From Chrysomallon squamiferum (taxonomy: Eukaryota > Animalia > Mollusca), in NCBI GenBank assembly GCA_012295275.1, contig CM022673.1, positions 23,932,001 to 23,996,000 of the forward strand: a stretch of 64,000 nt of DNA. Direction: 5' to 3'. The notes beneath the pieces were generated by a model. It made no database searches, was not told where the DNA came from, and saw only the letters and a list, made by a program, of their open reading frames with translations. The position numbers were made by a program, and so were the translations under genes. Within the stretch, counting starts at the first letter, position 1; every line of letters starts with the position of its first letter. Positions 1-48,240 of this stretch are shown here, piece by piece.

Positions 1-105
1 AAAAAACACGTCGTACCTATTAACCTTGTTTTCATTGCATCTTAGTTTTACGAATAAGCTAAACAGAAATGGCAAAATATCTTAAATACACAGCAGGCTA
101 CTTAC

Positions 106-25851
<25,746 letters not shown>

Positions 25852-26521
25852 TTTGTGTTTGTTTAACTCAGTCAAGCTGATGTTTTAATAAACTCAAAAT
25901 GGAAACATTTTAATCTTGTCTAGTGACAGGAATCAATCAGATATCTACAAGTAGAAAAATACAATTTGAAAAACGATCTTGTATAAAATTATCTGTCAAA
26001 ATATTAATTTGAATTATAGGCCACAAAAACACGTTTTTATTAAGTCTAAAAGGTTGATTCTCTCCGTGTTAATATTTTAAAGGTTTTTGGATGGACAAAC
26101 AACAATAACACTACACACATACACTGGCATGTACGCGCGATTAAATCAAAAATGGCTTATTATTTAACAGAAGACGTGTTGCATTCATGAGTACTTATTA
26201 CCAAAAATCTCCATACTGACCACGGACGATATTAATTACCTGTATTGTCTTGATACGGTGAAAATAACAGCTAATGGAAATGACCTAACATCAAATCCTG
26301 TTGGTACGATTGTTCAGAAAACAATGAAATGTTCCAATCGATCTACACGTCGCCCGTCAATCACTTCCATTTATTAGTGTTTTCGTAGTTATGAAACTTT
26401 GTTCATGTGTTCATTATTATTTTCATCATCATCATCAACATTGTTATTATTGTTAGTAGTAGTATTGGAGGAATGAAAATATATATTCACTCAAACACAC
26501 ACACATGTGTGTGTTTCTGTA

Positions 26522-26552
<31 letters not shown>

Positions 26553-26741
26553 CAGATGTATGAATGCTAATAAAAATATATGTGCATGTCTATTAATATT
26601 TGTTTTATACTAAGGTGTATTTATGAGCATGACGAAACGATTAATTCAATAATCGGATTAAACTTCTTAGTCAGTAAATCAGGTCTTTGTTACTGAGCTA
26701 CGTGTTTTCAAATAAACATTATGAAAGATAAAAAAGCAAGG

Positions 26742-26823
<82 letters not shown>

Positions 26824-28067
26824 AGTGGGTGAGTTTTATGTTGTTGTTCTGTTGGGTTTTTGGGGGGGTTTATTTATTTATTATTAATTTGTTTTTGCTC
26901 CAGAAGCAAGAATCTTGTACACAATATATCGCTGACAAATTTTACACGCCGTTTGGTTGTTGTTATACTTTTGTTTGTTTTTTGATACACAGAATTAGCG
27001 AGATCAATTTATTAAAACATAACGACAGTTATTTAAAATAAGATTTACGGGTTTACACAGATAACAGGCCACTTCTGAAATGGCAAGACTAGGAATCATA
27101 TTATTTCAATAATCCATCCTTCTATCTATCAATCTATCTATATCTACATTATATCTATCTATTTATATCTACATTATATTTTATCTATCTATATATATAT
27201 ATAATTACACACATACACTCTAACAAACATAAAACAATTTAAAAATATATTTGCGTACTGAAATGTTTAATTCAAATAGAAAATTGTACAAAATGTATTC
27301 ATTAATATTATACATCACTGCAAATAAAAGTTCTACATCTTATTAATAATGTATTATGACCGATGAATTTTTTTTTTTTTTTTTTTTTTTTACCTCTGTT
27401 TCTAATAAATACACAAATGACAAGTACTTATTAATTAATATTATGGTAACAGAAAACAGCATAACTTATTAATTAAAATAAACTTAAAAACGTACCTTAA
27501 AAAATCGCGCACATGTAACCGAAAATATTTTGTTTGAAATACCGATCCGAACAGGGCGAGTTACTATATCCAAGAACAGCAAATGCCTGAGTACTGCTGT
27601 ATCTTATAAGTACAATTACCGGCTTGCTGGGCTTAACTCGGATCTACCTGCTTGACCACAGCTAATAATCAGACCGGACAATAACTGACCACTCATAACA
27701 TAGGTGTAATGTAATTAGACACACTGAGTGTTAAAAACAACTAAAACTATTCATCATGGCTGCAGTTCAGAGGGGTCTGTTATTTGTAGGTAATACGACA
27801 AAGGTTTCTTTCGGCACCTGCTGCCATAGTTACCTGTGGCGGACAATGTGACATAATTAGTCTGCACAATGGAGTCGAGTTATTCGTAATCATATTAAAC
27901 TATCAACGACTAGACTTTCTTTTGTTGTTTAGCGAAACTAGCATTTCGTTTATTTATTTACTTATTTACCTGTTTGTTTGTTTGTTTAAAGGTTTACTTA
28001 TTTGTTTATTTGTTTACTTATTTGTTTATTTATTTATTTACTTACTTATTTACTTATTAATTTATTT

Positions 28068-28098
<31 letters not shown>

Positions 28099-28607
28099 TG
28101 GCTATAGTTCATTTATTCATTTACTTACTTTTTAATCACACACACACACAACACACACATACACACACACACACATATCGTATTCATCATTCTAAACGTG
28201 AATAGATTTATTAATAGCAACTAGTGTAACGAGAGTTAAACTTATTTCTTCTGTACATTACTTAATGCACACATAAGTTTAAGAGTCAAATACTAATTCG
28301 GTCAAGGTGTGTTACGTACGTACAAAGATAACAAAAAGCTAAAGTATTACTAAATAGCGACATGTGACTTTTCAAGGCCAGTCATATTATTTATTGAACA
28401 AACACAAAAAGAATATATACATAATATAAAAATAGAGAAAAATAAATAAACAGGTTCATAGCTACACAGAGTGTCAGAACAAAGTATATTAGTGTCTTAT
28501 GTAATTAATAAACAAGTGAAGCATGCCAGTAGTCGAATCACACGGATTACAAACGTTAGTTAAGTTACAAGAATGTCGTGCAAATACCATACCCACATCG
28601 TTCAGAG

Positions 28608-28660
28608 CAGGGGTCTCGGGCACGCGGCCCAGAGACTAATTGTACGTGGCTCGCGATCAC
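28608..28660 (+). mobile_element. Possible degenerate terminus of a hAT/Charlie-type DNA transposon or MITE
   Basis: CAGGGGTCTCGGGCACGCGGCCC...TGTACGTGGCTCGCGA resembles, from memory, the CAGGGGT..CGGCCC..TGGCCCGCGA ends of such elements. No partner TIR was found. Confidence 0.3.
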
Positions 28661-28899
28661 CCCTTTGTTTGCATGTAACATCGTTCTGTCACTGCCACAG
28701 ATCTAGCATTCAATAAAATGTGTGATGTACTGCATTTGTTTACTTATCAGCTTTGCTGTGTAGCTCCTGAACCACCCACACATCCCCGTTCCACGCCCTT
28801 ATTCTCCGCCTGTTGTTCTTCTTTTCGAGAACTTGATGACCCTTTTCTTTGCTTCACTTTCAGATCCGTGATTTAGTGGAGAGTGCAAACAGACATGCA

Positions 28900-29855
28900 G
28901 ACATTATACTCACCTCACATTATACTCACCTCACATTCGAAATTATACTCACCTCACATTATACTCACCTCACATTCAAAATTATACTCATCTCACATTC
29001 AAAATTATACTCACCTGACATTATACAAACCTCATACTAAACACACTCACATTATACACACCTTATATTACACACACCTCACATGTGTAGACACCACATA
29101 TTACACACACCTAAAATTACACACACCTCTCATTAAACAGACCTGACATTATACAACCTCGCATTATACACACCTCACATTATACACACCTCATATTATA
29201 CACACCTCACATTATACACACTTCGTATTATACACACCTCGTATTATACACACCTCGTATTATACACACCTCGTATTATACACACCTCACATTATACACA
29301 CCTCACATTATACACACTTCATTATACACACCTCATATTATACACACCTCACATTATACACACCTCATATTATACACACCTCACATTATACACACCTCAC
29401 ATTATACACACCTCACATTATACACACCTCGTATTATACACACCTCACATTATACACACCTCACATTATACACACCTCATATTATACACATCTCATATTA
29501 TACACACCTCACATTATACACACCTCACATTATACACACTTCGTATTATACACACCTCATATTATACACACCTCGCATTATACATACCTCATATTATACA
29601 CACCTCACATTATACACACCTCACATTATACACACCTCATATTATACACACCTCATATTATACACATCTCATATTATACACATCTCATATTATACACATC
29701 TCATATTATACACATCTCACATTGTACTCAACTCACATTATACACACCTCACATTATACACACTTCGTATTATACACACCTCACATTATACACATCTCAC
29801 ATTGTACTCAACTCACACTGTACTCACCTCATATTATACTCACCTGACATTATTG
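28900..29855. repeat. 16-bp minisatellite (cacattatacacacct)n, copy 1
   Basis: Direct reading. Confidence 0.95.
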
Positions 29856-30149
29856 TGGAACTGCCCATAGTGATGACTGTGGTTTGTGGAATGTGACAAC
29901 TTTGATACGAGTGGTAACTGTTATAGTACACAGCGAAATACAGACACCTTCAACACAAACCTAAATCTAGCAATTATATTACATGTACACATATATACAA
30001 CATACGTAAACATAAACACATATACACATATATACATATACACAACATACATACACACACAATATACATACATAAACACACACAATATGTATACATATAT
30101 ACACATATACAAAACACACATAAACTAACATGCAAACAACATATATAGA

Positions 30150-30194
<45 letters not shown>

Positions 30195-30318
30195 TTACAC
30201 ATTGTATCCAAGAACAGATAACTCGTGAGACTCCAAAATATTTCTTACTACTGACATAACTTAAGGGCTTTCTTGTTTCTTCTTCTTCTTTATTACATTT
30301 GTCTTTTTCTGTCCATAT

Positions 30319-30353
<35 letters not shown>

Positions 30354-30805
30354 TAGATATATATATATATATTATCATTATTTAGATAGATATAGATACA
30401 ACTATCATTATCACTATTACTGCTACTACTACTACCACTACCACTACTTCTATTACTACTCATCAAGAATTAAAGCCTACGCATTTATATAGCAGTAATT
30501 TAATGCATTTATTTTTAAAATATGAAATAATATTTCTTATAAATCCGTTTGATCATAAAATATGTAAACAGAACTCAAATTGAAAGTGAACGTGCGGCGG
30601 TTGGATAATATTATGTCTTTATTTACTGTATTTACTGTTATTATTTGGAAGGAGCGTTATACATGGTGCTTTGTTTTAGTGGACTGTGGCCACGATTTTT
30701 CTGCTAGCCAAATTATTAACAGAGACAATAACTGAAATAAACTGAATTAAGCAATTACAACCGAAAAGATAACGTATCGAATCTATAAAAAGCCATTCAC
30801 TTAAT

Positions 30806-31590
30806 TCTGTAGGTAAAGATAAATACAGACTGTAGCTAAAGATAAATACAGATGAAGGTTAAGATAAGTAAGGAGCTGTAGGTAAAGATAAACACAGATT
30901 GTAGATACAGATAAACACAGACTGTAGATACAGATAAATAAAGACTGTAGGTAAAGATAAATATAGACTGTAGGTAAAGATAAACACAGACTGTAGATAC
31001 AGATAAATAAAGACTGTAGGTAAAGATAAATAAAGACTGTAGATAAAGATTAAATAAAGACTGTAGGTAAAGATAAATACAGACTGTAGGTAAAGATAAA
31101 TAGAGACTGTAGATACAGATTAAATAAAGACTGTAGGTAAAGATTAAATAAAGACTGTAGATAAAGATTAAATAAAGACTGTAGGTAAAGATAAATACAG
31201 ACTGTAGGTAAAGATAAATATAGACTGTAGGTAAAGATAAATACAGACTGTAGGTAAAGATAAATAAAGACTGTAGGTAAAGATAAATATAGACTGTAGG
31301 TAAAGATAAATAAAGACTGTAGATAAAGATAAATACAGACTGTAGGTAAAGATAAATAAAGACTGTAGATAAAGATAAATAAAGACTGTAGTTAAAGATA
31401 AATAGAGACTGTAGACAAAGATAAATAAAGACTGTAGATAAAGATAAATAAAGACTGTAGATAAAGATAAATAAAGACTGTAGATAAAGATAAATAGAGA
31501 CTGTAGACAAAGATAAATAAAGACTGTAGATAAAGATAAATAAAGACTGTAGATACAGTTAAATACAGACTGTAGGTAAAGCTAAATACA
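30806..31590. repeat. 23-bp minisatellite (agactgtaggtaaagataaata[c/a/t])n, copy 1
   Basis: Direct reading. Confidence 0.95.
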
Positions 31591-31839
31591 GGTCAGTGTG
31601 CAACCTCTTTACAATAAAACCACTCATCTAAAACATAAGACGGCATTTTTCAGACTTTTCGTTTTGTTTATTATTGTCATGTTTCGATTCACTTATTCAG
31701 AGTCTAAATTGAGATTCTACGCTCCACTGCTTGTATATAACAAACTGATCGTCTTGCCGTCTTCTTGTTCACTTTTCTCCTTGACCGGCCGAGGTGAGTC
31801 CATTTATTTAGTTTGTGAAATTATTCTCCCTTTCTGGGT

Positions 31840-31894
<55 letters not shown>

Positions 31895-32567
31895 TATGTG
31901 TGTATGTGTGTGCGTGTGTATGTATGTGCAAGAGTGTATGTGTGCGTATGATTTTGGTTTTATTATACAGGTATATTTGTGTACATGCAGGTTTTTTTCT
32001 AATCACAATTATGTCTGCTTTTTATATGTTCATACACGCGTGTTTCTATCTGTGTTTGTTTTGGTTTTGTGTGTGTGTTTGTGTTTGTGTATGTGTGTTT
32101 ATGTCTCTACATGTATCTGGACTTGTTTGTGCCTGCATCAGTTCATTATAATATGTTACTGTCCACATATTCGCATCTGTATGTCTCTATATCTCTGAAT
32201 GTATATGATAAATATTCTAAACGGTTAAAAACAAGATTAGAACAAAAAAGGAAAGAAAAGAACTAAGCCTTTTTGTTCATACAGGAATATCGTGTATAAA
32301 TTTTGTCATATTTGAAGATTTATATTCCGTTCTTTAATATTTGTCTCACTTCACAAACATATACAAGTTAGCAAGGTCACTCAACAAACACATCGTTACT
32401 AGTTAGCCATGCATACATTATTCTTGTACGTGGACATTTCTATTTTAGTCAGAACGTGATAGCCTTTGTACACATAAAATTAATTAAATTTTGTACTTGA
32501 TCTGCCAATCTTTGTTACATATATTAATAAATATACAATAAATCTCTCAAATAAACATTATGCAAGG

Positions 32568-32690
<123 letters not shown>

Positions 32691-33046
32691 TTTATATATA
32701 TATATAGAGAGAGAGAGCAGGGTGTTTTCACTGTGACTATATAACCGGGTGTTCTTCCTCTGTTTGGTCCGCCTGTGCATTTTTTCGTATAATTCTATAC
32801 GTGTCGTATTAAAAATATAATTTGAGCGTATCTCATTGTACCAAGTGCAAAATATTAAATGTTTAATCGCAAAGATCAATGAAATATAACTGAGAAATTT
32901 CGACAGGTTTTTTTCAAAATCGTTAATCACCGCATTCATTTCTTTTCTTTCATTTTTTTTTCATTTTTTTTTTTTTTTTTTTTGTCAGGCTCATAGATTA
33001 GTCATTTCGTGTCCCATTTCAGAGGTTATACTGTTTCTTCTCAGAC

Positions 33047-39869
<6,823 letters not shown>

Positions 39870-40477
39870 ACGGTCAAGTAGTACCAACTCAGAGACAGCG
39901 AATAATTCAGTGTTGCTTCTTGTTCATTAGAGATCTTTAAAACTGAAATAGTATACTCAGCATAAGCTTAAAAATCGAAATTAGTTTCTGATATATCACT
40001 GTAGAGTAACAGCGTATTTCTAAAAAAAAAAAAAAAAAAAAATCATATCTTCTCTGTGCATTTCAAGTGTATTTGTTGTTGTTTAGTTTTTGTTGTTTTT
40101 AATGTGTGCATGCGTGTGTGTGTGTGTAGAATCTAGAAAAATAAAGAGGAAAATAGTATTCTATGTCGTATATATAGCGTTGGTCTTATAATAAATAAAA
40201 TTCTATATTTTATTATTAAAGTCTTTATTTTAGAATGTTATTTTATACCGATTTTTGGTTTGTTTTGTTTTTTGTTGTTGTTCGACTATGTTCAGATTAA
40301 TTAATTTACTTGTTAGCTTACTTATCAGCTTTGCCGTGTAGCTCCTGAACCACCCACACCTCCCCGTTCCACGCCCTTATTCACCGCCTGTTGTTCTTCT
40401 TTTCGAGAACTTGATGACCCTTTTCTTTGCTTCACTTTCAGATCCGTGATTTAGTGGAGAGTGCAAACCGACATCCA

Positions 40478-41212
40478 GACATTATACTCACTTCACATTC
40501 GAAATTATACTCACCTGACATTATACTCACCTCACATTCGAAATTATACTCACCTCACATTCAAAATTATACTCACCTGACATTATACTCACCTGACATT
40601 ATACTCACCTCACATTACACACACCTCAAATTACAGACACCTCTCATTAAACAGACCTGACATTATACACACCTCATATTATACACACCTCATATTATAC
40701 ACACCTCATATTATACACACCTCACATAATACACACCTCACATTATACACACCTCATATTATACACACCTCACATTATACACACCTCACATTATACACAT
40801 CTCACATTATACACACCTCATATTATACACACCTCATATTATACACACCTCACATTATACACACCTCACATTATACACACCTCACATTATACACATCTCA
40901 CATTATACACATCTCACATTATACACACCTCATATTATACACACCTCACATTATACACACCTCACATTATACACACCTCACATTATACACATCTCACATT
41001 ATACACATCTCATATTATACACACCTCACATTATACACACCTCATATTATACACACCTCACATTATACACACCTCATATTATACACACCTCACATTATAC
41101 ACATCTCATATTATACACACCTCACATTATACACACCTCATATTATACACATCTCACATTGTACTCAACTCACATTGTACTCACCTTATATTATACTCAC
41201 CTGACATTATTG
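40478..41212. repeat. 16-bp minisatellite, copy 2
   Basis: Same unit as at 28900-29855. Confidence 0.95.
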
Positions 41213-41762
41213 TGGAACTGCCCATTGTGGTGACTGTGGTTTGTGGAATGTGACAACTTTGATACGAGTGGTAACTGTTATAGTACACAGCGAAATACAG
41301 ACACCTTCAACACAAACCTAAATCTAGCAATTATATTACATGTACACGTATATACAACATACGTAAACATAAACACATATACACATACATACATATACAC
41401 AACATACATACATACACAATATACATACGCATACACACACAAAATGTAAACATATACACATATACAAAACACACATACACTAACATGCAAACAACATATA
41501 TAGAAGCACACACACACACACACACACATATATATGTGTGTGTGTGTGTGTGTATACCTATATACACATACCTATATAGAAATATACATTTATGGATATT
41601 TCTATACATTTATACATATGTTGACAAATACATAAATATATTTACACATTGTATCCAAGAACAGATAACTCGTGAGACTCCAAAATATTTCTTACTGACA
41701 TAACTTAAGGGCTTTCTTGTTTCTTCTTCTTCTTTATTACATTTGTCTTTTTCTGTCCATAT

Positions 41763-41798
<36 letters not shown>

Positions 41799-41802
41799 CC
41801 AT

Positions 41803-41845
<43 letters not shown>

Positions 41846-42562
41846 TATAGATATTTAGATAGATAGATAGATACTACTATCATTATCACTATTACTACTT
41901 ATAATACTAGTACTACTGCTACTACTACTACCACTACTTCTACTACTACTACTACTCATCAAGAATTAAAGCCTACGTATTTATATAGTAGTAATTTAAT
42001 GAATTTATTTTTAAAATATGAAATTATATTACTTATAAGTCCGTTTGATCATAAAATATGTAAACAGAACGTCAAATTGAAAGTGAACGTGCGGCGGTTA
42101 GATAATATTATGTCTTTATTTACTGTAGTTATTATTTGGAAGGAGCGTTATACATGGTGCTTTGTTTTAGTGGACTGTAGCCACGATTTTTCCGCTAGCC
42201 AAATTATTAACAGAGACAATAACTGAAATAAACTGAATTAAGCAATTACAGCCGAAAAGATAACGTATCGAATCTATAAAAAGCCATTCACTCTAAATAC
42301 ATTGTTGAAAAACAATTATAAGGAAAAAAATTAAAATATAAAGTTTGGCCGAAATATAGCAAATATATCTCAGGCCAGAATGTCGCTTGCCAGAATAAGA
42401 TCCAATATTCAGCTGTTGTGGATTCGTTTCATGTAGTGTCGAACGATATTTTATGTGTTTATATTTGGTAATAAATTAAAACTGTTTAAATTTCTGGGTT
42501 TCTCATGTTTCTCATGGTTGTAATACGTAATAATTACAATTAAAATAAAGCATTCTCTTAAT

Positions 42563-43415
42563 TCTGTAGGTAAAGATAAATACAGACTGTAGCTAAAGAT
42601 AAATACAGATGGAAGGTTAAGATAAGTAAGGAGCTGTAGGTAAAGATTAAATAGAGACTGTAGGTAAAGATAAATAAAGACTGTAGATACAGATAAATAA
42701 AGACTGTAGGTAAAGATAAATAGAGACTGTAGGTAAAGATAAATAAAGACTGTAGGTAAAGATAAATACAGACTGTAGGTAAAGATAAGTACGGAGCTGT
42801 AGGTAAAAATAAATAGAGACTGTAGGTAAAGATAAATACAGACTGTAGGTAAAGATAAATAAAGACTGTAGGTAAAGATAAATACAGACTGTAGGTAAAG
42901 ATACATATAGACTGTAGGTAAAGATAAATATAGACTGTAGGTAAAGATAAATATAGACTGTAGGTAAAGATAAATATAGACTGTAGGTAAAGATAAATAT
43001 AGACTTATGTAAAGATAAATATAGACTGTAGGTAAAGATAAATATAGATTTATGTAAAGATAAATATAGACTGTAGGTAAAGATAAATACAGACTGTAGG
43101 TAAAGATAAATATAGACTGTAGGTAAAGATAAATACAGACTGTAGGTAAAGATTAAATAAAGACTGTAGGTAAAGATAAATACAGACTGTAGATACAGAT
43201 AAATAAAGACTGTAGATAAAGATTAAATAAAGACTGTAGGTAAAGATAAATACAGACTGTAGGTAAAGATAAATACAGACTGTAGGTAAAGATAAATAAA
43301 GACTGTAGATAAAGATAAATATAGACTGTAGGTAAAGATAAATAAAGACTGTAGATAAAGATAAATAAAGACTGTAGATACAGTTAAATACAGACTGTAG
43401 GTAAAGCTAAATACA
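42563..43415. repeat. 23-bp minisatellite, copy 2
   Basis: Same unit as at 30806-31590. Confidence 0.95.
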
Positions 43416-43932
43416 GGTCAGTGTGCAACCTCTTTACAATAAACCACTCATCTACAAGATAAGACGGCATTTTTCAGACTTTTCGTTTTGTTTATTATAT
43501 CATGTTTCGATTCACTTATTCAGAGTCTAAATTGAGATTCTACGCTCCACTGCTTGTATATAACAAACTGATCGTCTTGCCGTCTTCTTGTTAAAACAAG
43601 ATTAGAACAAAAAAGGAAAGAAAAGAACTAAGCCTTTTTGTTCATACAGGAATATCGTGTATAAATTTTGTCATATTTGAAGATTTATATTCGGTTCTTT
43701 AATATTTGTCTCACTTCACAAACATAAACAAGTTAGCAAGGTCACTCAACAAACACATCGTTACTAGTTAGCCATGCATACATTATTCTTGTACGTGGAC
43801 ATTTCTATTTTAGTGAGAACGTGATAGCCTTTGTACACATAAAATTAATTCAAAATTGTACCTGATCTGCCAGTCTTTGTTACATATATAAATAAAAATA
43901 CAATAAATCTCTCAAATAAACATTATGCAAGG

Positions 43933-44037
<105 letters not shown>

Positions 44038-44651
44038 TTTATATATATATATATAGTGTGTGTGTGTGTGTGCTTCGTATATAATGTTTCTGTGTATTTA
44101 AATATACTTGTGGTTTCTATGTCATTGTACCAAGTGCAAATAAATAAATGAGTAAATAAAAAGAACGTGGGTGCAAAACAGCACATTAGCATTTCAGTGC
44201 TATTTTTTCTTTTAAAGTATTATTTACATGAAATTTATTCTGCATTACGCATTCAATAAACACCCAAACAAACAAACAAATTGCATAAATAGATTCGGGT
44301 AAACGCGCGACCAGGCTTAGAGAGCAGGGTATCTCTCACTGTGACTCGTATAACCGGGTGCTTCTTCCTCTCTGTTTGGTCCGCCTGTGCATATTTTTCG
44401 CTTGAATTCTATACGTTTCGTATTAAAAGATAATTTGAGCGTATCTCACTAAAAGTATTACCGTGTTTAATCGAAAGATCAATGAAATATAACTGAGAAA
44501 TTGCGACAGGTAGCAGAAATCGTTAAACACCGCATTCATTTCTTTTCTTTCATTTTTTTTCTTTTTTTTTTTTTTTTTTTTCTTTTTTTTCAGGCTGATA
44601 GATTAGTCATTTCGTGTCCCATTTCAGAGGTTATACTGTTTCTTCTCAGAC

Positions 44652-45095
44652 ATGGGGAAGAATTTCGAAGGTTGTTGTAATTCCAGGTAAGTTTAGATCT
44701 AATAATAAATTACAGTTCGTAAAACTAAACTGACGACTTCAATATTATCTAAAACAAAATTCAGTTTATATATTGGATTTTATTTCATTTATTTATTATT
44801 ATTATTTTGTTATTTTGTTTTAGAAGTGGTCATAGTGGTAATAATATTTTATTTACCTATTTCTTTTTCTTTTCATTTCTTTTGTGTTTATTTTCTTTTA
44901 TTTTACTTTTATTAGGAAAGTATTAAGAAAACTGAAATAAAACAATTTGCTTATTAATGCATTACTGTTCTGTTAGTAATAGATGTAAATACTCTAATCA
45001 TTCTAAATGATTTAGAAATAATTCACAAATAATTAAGAAATAATTTTATAATACACATTTCCCTGCTGTGTAAAGATATTATTAAAATATTTATA

Positions 45096-45184
<89 letters not shown>

Positions 45185-48100
45185 ATGGATTTTAAACACC
45201 TGTTAAATGTTTCTCTTTGCAGTCGAAGTGTTCTCGCAGTATGTATAATTCTTGGGTTTCTGTGCGTTACTGCTGTTGTCATCGCTGTTGTTTTCATTAT
45301 TATTGAAGAAAAGTCACCGATCTCAGCAGACGACAAAGGGGACACAACTCCAATTACTGATCCGGGTGAACCTTTGTTTCTAACACCACTGATTGAGAGC
45401 GGTGAACTTGAAAAAGGTTATTTTTAAGTAATTAAAAACTAAATAAATATAAATTTATAAAAGTAATTATTGTAAGACAACGTGTTAGTGAATCGTCAGA
45501 ACTGGTCGAAACGTAAGTATTTGCCCGTTGTTACCCGTTTACTTAACGGAATGGACGTTATTGATTATCTTTTATTTTATCTTATCATAACAATTATTAG
45601 ATAAAGAACTTCTTATTTAATTATTTAAAGATAATAATCATCTGTTTCCAACTAATCTGGAACAGTTCACTATAATGACTGAGGTAACAACGGTCATATA
45701 GGTAATAATTATTGAACCATCATTCTTTTCTTTTGCTTTTCTTTTTTTTTTCTCATTTTTTGTTAATGTGTTTGTTTTTGTTTGTTTTGTTTTTTGTTGT
45801 TGTTCGACTATGTTCAGATTAATTAATTTACTTGTTAACTTACTTATTAGCTTATAAATTTATTTATTTATTTATTTATATATTCTTTCCTCTTTTTTTA
45901 AGCTTTAAACCTGAGTCGTGTATCTGGATTTGGAGAGGAAGTATACTCAGGTTTTATAACCATCGACAAGAAGTACAACAGCAATTTATACTTCATCTTT
46001 TTCCCTGCTCGGGTAAGTTGTTAAACTGAGATTGTTACGTCTGGACATTTATCTCAAACCATTAAGGTTGTACAATTTTCAAAACTGTTAACTGATCCTT
46101 TGTGGCTTTTAGGCCCTGTATTTATGAATCCCTATTTTTATATCAGTATTTTTCAAAGAATCGTAAACAGTATGCACGAAGTGAACAATCCTCTTAGTAA
46201 ATTTCGTTAATATATTTTTATATTAAAATTGCCAACAAACAATGCACACATCAAATTATTAACGAGAATTCATGATAAACCTGCTATATAATTATATACA
46301 TAATCAATTGTATTTAGATTACTGCTTTTTTTTTTTTCTGTGCTGAAGAAACTTCATCTACGTGTTTTAAATTTTACAGAAAAACGTGGACACAGCCCCA
46401 GTGATTCTATGGATGAATGGAGGACCAGGTAACCCCAGCATCAGTTGTATGACGGAATGTTCTGGACCTTTTCTTGTTGACGAACAACAACACAGTAAGT
46501 GTGACAGATAACTCCACAGAAGAGTTGCATACATTACTAGACTGCTACTACGTTGTTATCATCATCATTACTATCACAGTTATTATTTATTTATTTATTA
46601 TCTTTTATTCTCAAAACAATGAGACTGAACATATGCTAACAGAGTTCAAATACACAGACCTACAGACACCCAGACAGTCTGATAATGAAATAGGAAATAT
46701 CATTCGTTTTCTGTATTTGTAATATATTTCTATATGCCTTTATTTTATTTTATTTATTTATTTTATTTAGTTTGTTTGTGTGTTTGTATGTTTGTTTGAT
46801 TGTTTATTTTTTATATCTGTGTGTTTGTTTTCTTTTTTGATCATTTATTTATTTTTTATTTTTTTTTATTATTTTTTTTTATTGACAGTTTCTGCAAACA
46901 CAGTGTCGTGGACGGAAAAGTATTCTATAATATACGTAGACCAGCCAGTAAGATTTTAAAACAATTTCTAAAAAAAAAAATCAAAAAAAAAATCAATTCT
47001 CTAAATATGAATTAACTAATAATTTATAAAAACATTTGTAATATAGATAGTCCAAGCAAAATAGTTTCAAAATAAAATAATCTTGATGAACTAACACATT
47101 TTGTTTAAATTCTTATTTATTATTTCATTATGTTCTTTTGATTACTGTATTCGAGGATCAACAATTAATTATTTAATTAATTTGTTATTTATTTATTTAC
47201 TTACTTACTTACTTACTTACTAATTTATTTATTTAATTGTTTGTTTGTTTATTTGTAGGTTGGAACGGGTTTTAGTTTCACTGATGATAAGACGGCTATG
47301 GCAGTGAATCAGGATGATATCGCAGAAGGAATGTTCAGGTCTTCTTTTAAGAAATGTTTCGCCGTTTTATCTGTTCGTGCGTTAGTGTGTGTGTGCGTGC
47401 GTGTGTGTGCGTGTCTGAGTGTTTGACCTGTATTAATGTATAATTTGATTAATGACATGCACATTTCATCTTATTATGTGTATGTATTAGAATATCTTAT
47501 TTAGCAATATAAAGCTTTTAACTTTATTTATTTATTTATATATTTATTTATTTATTTATTATTATTATTATTATTATTCGTAGTAGTAGTAGTAGTAGTA
47601 GTAGCAGCAGTGGCATTGTGGTAGTAGCAGTAGTAAGCACAATAGTACTATCTTTTTTATACCCTAGCAAAATTAATGCAAGTGGGAAGGTCATATGCAA
47701 ATGCGACATTAGACTGAGGTCAGTGACATGCGTTTGAGATCGTAAAACTATTTAGTTAGACAATTAATCAGTCTACATATTCCCTCTAGTTGACGAACAG
47801 ATTTGATCTTATATGCACGTGTTTTTGGTAGAAACCGTTATGTATTATAAAAAGTACTTTATCCTCAAAACTTGGATAAAATTTTCACAGATGATATTGT
47901 TGTTATTATTGTTGCCAGGTTACCAGAAGACTGCAGCTATCACGCGCTTTTAACAAAGGTTTAGGAAAATAAATTGTTTTTATTATAAAATGTAGTAGAA
48001 AAAAGTTTCTTTTCACTTAACTGCGCGAAAGAGAAATGTTCAAATAAATGTCATTAATACTGAATCACATTCATCGCATTCATTTTACGTTTTTTTTGTT

Positions 48101-48207
48101 TACGAATTAATCGGAAATTGTTTTCTTTTTTCAGTTTTCTTCATCAGTTCTTTACAATATTTGCCTACCATAGAAATGATTTCTACATACTAGGACGTGT
48201 AAGTATC

Positions 48208-48240
<33 letters not shown>

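Noticed and set aside
28900-31590. 16-bp and 23-bp repeat arrays as CRISPR-like arrays, and the 224-aa ORF at 30836-31510
   Set aside because: The units are head-to-tail with no unique spacers, there are no cas genes, and the context is eukaryotic. The ORF is a translation of the minisatellite.
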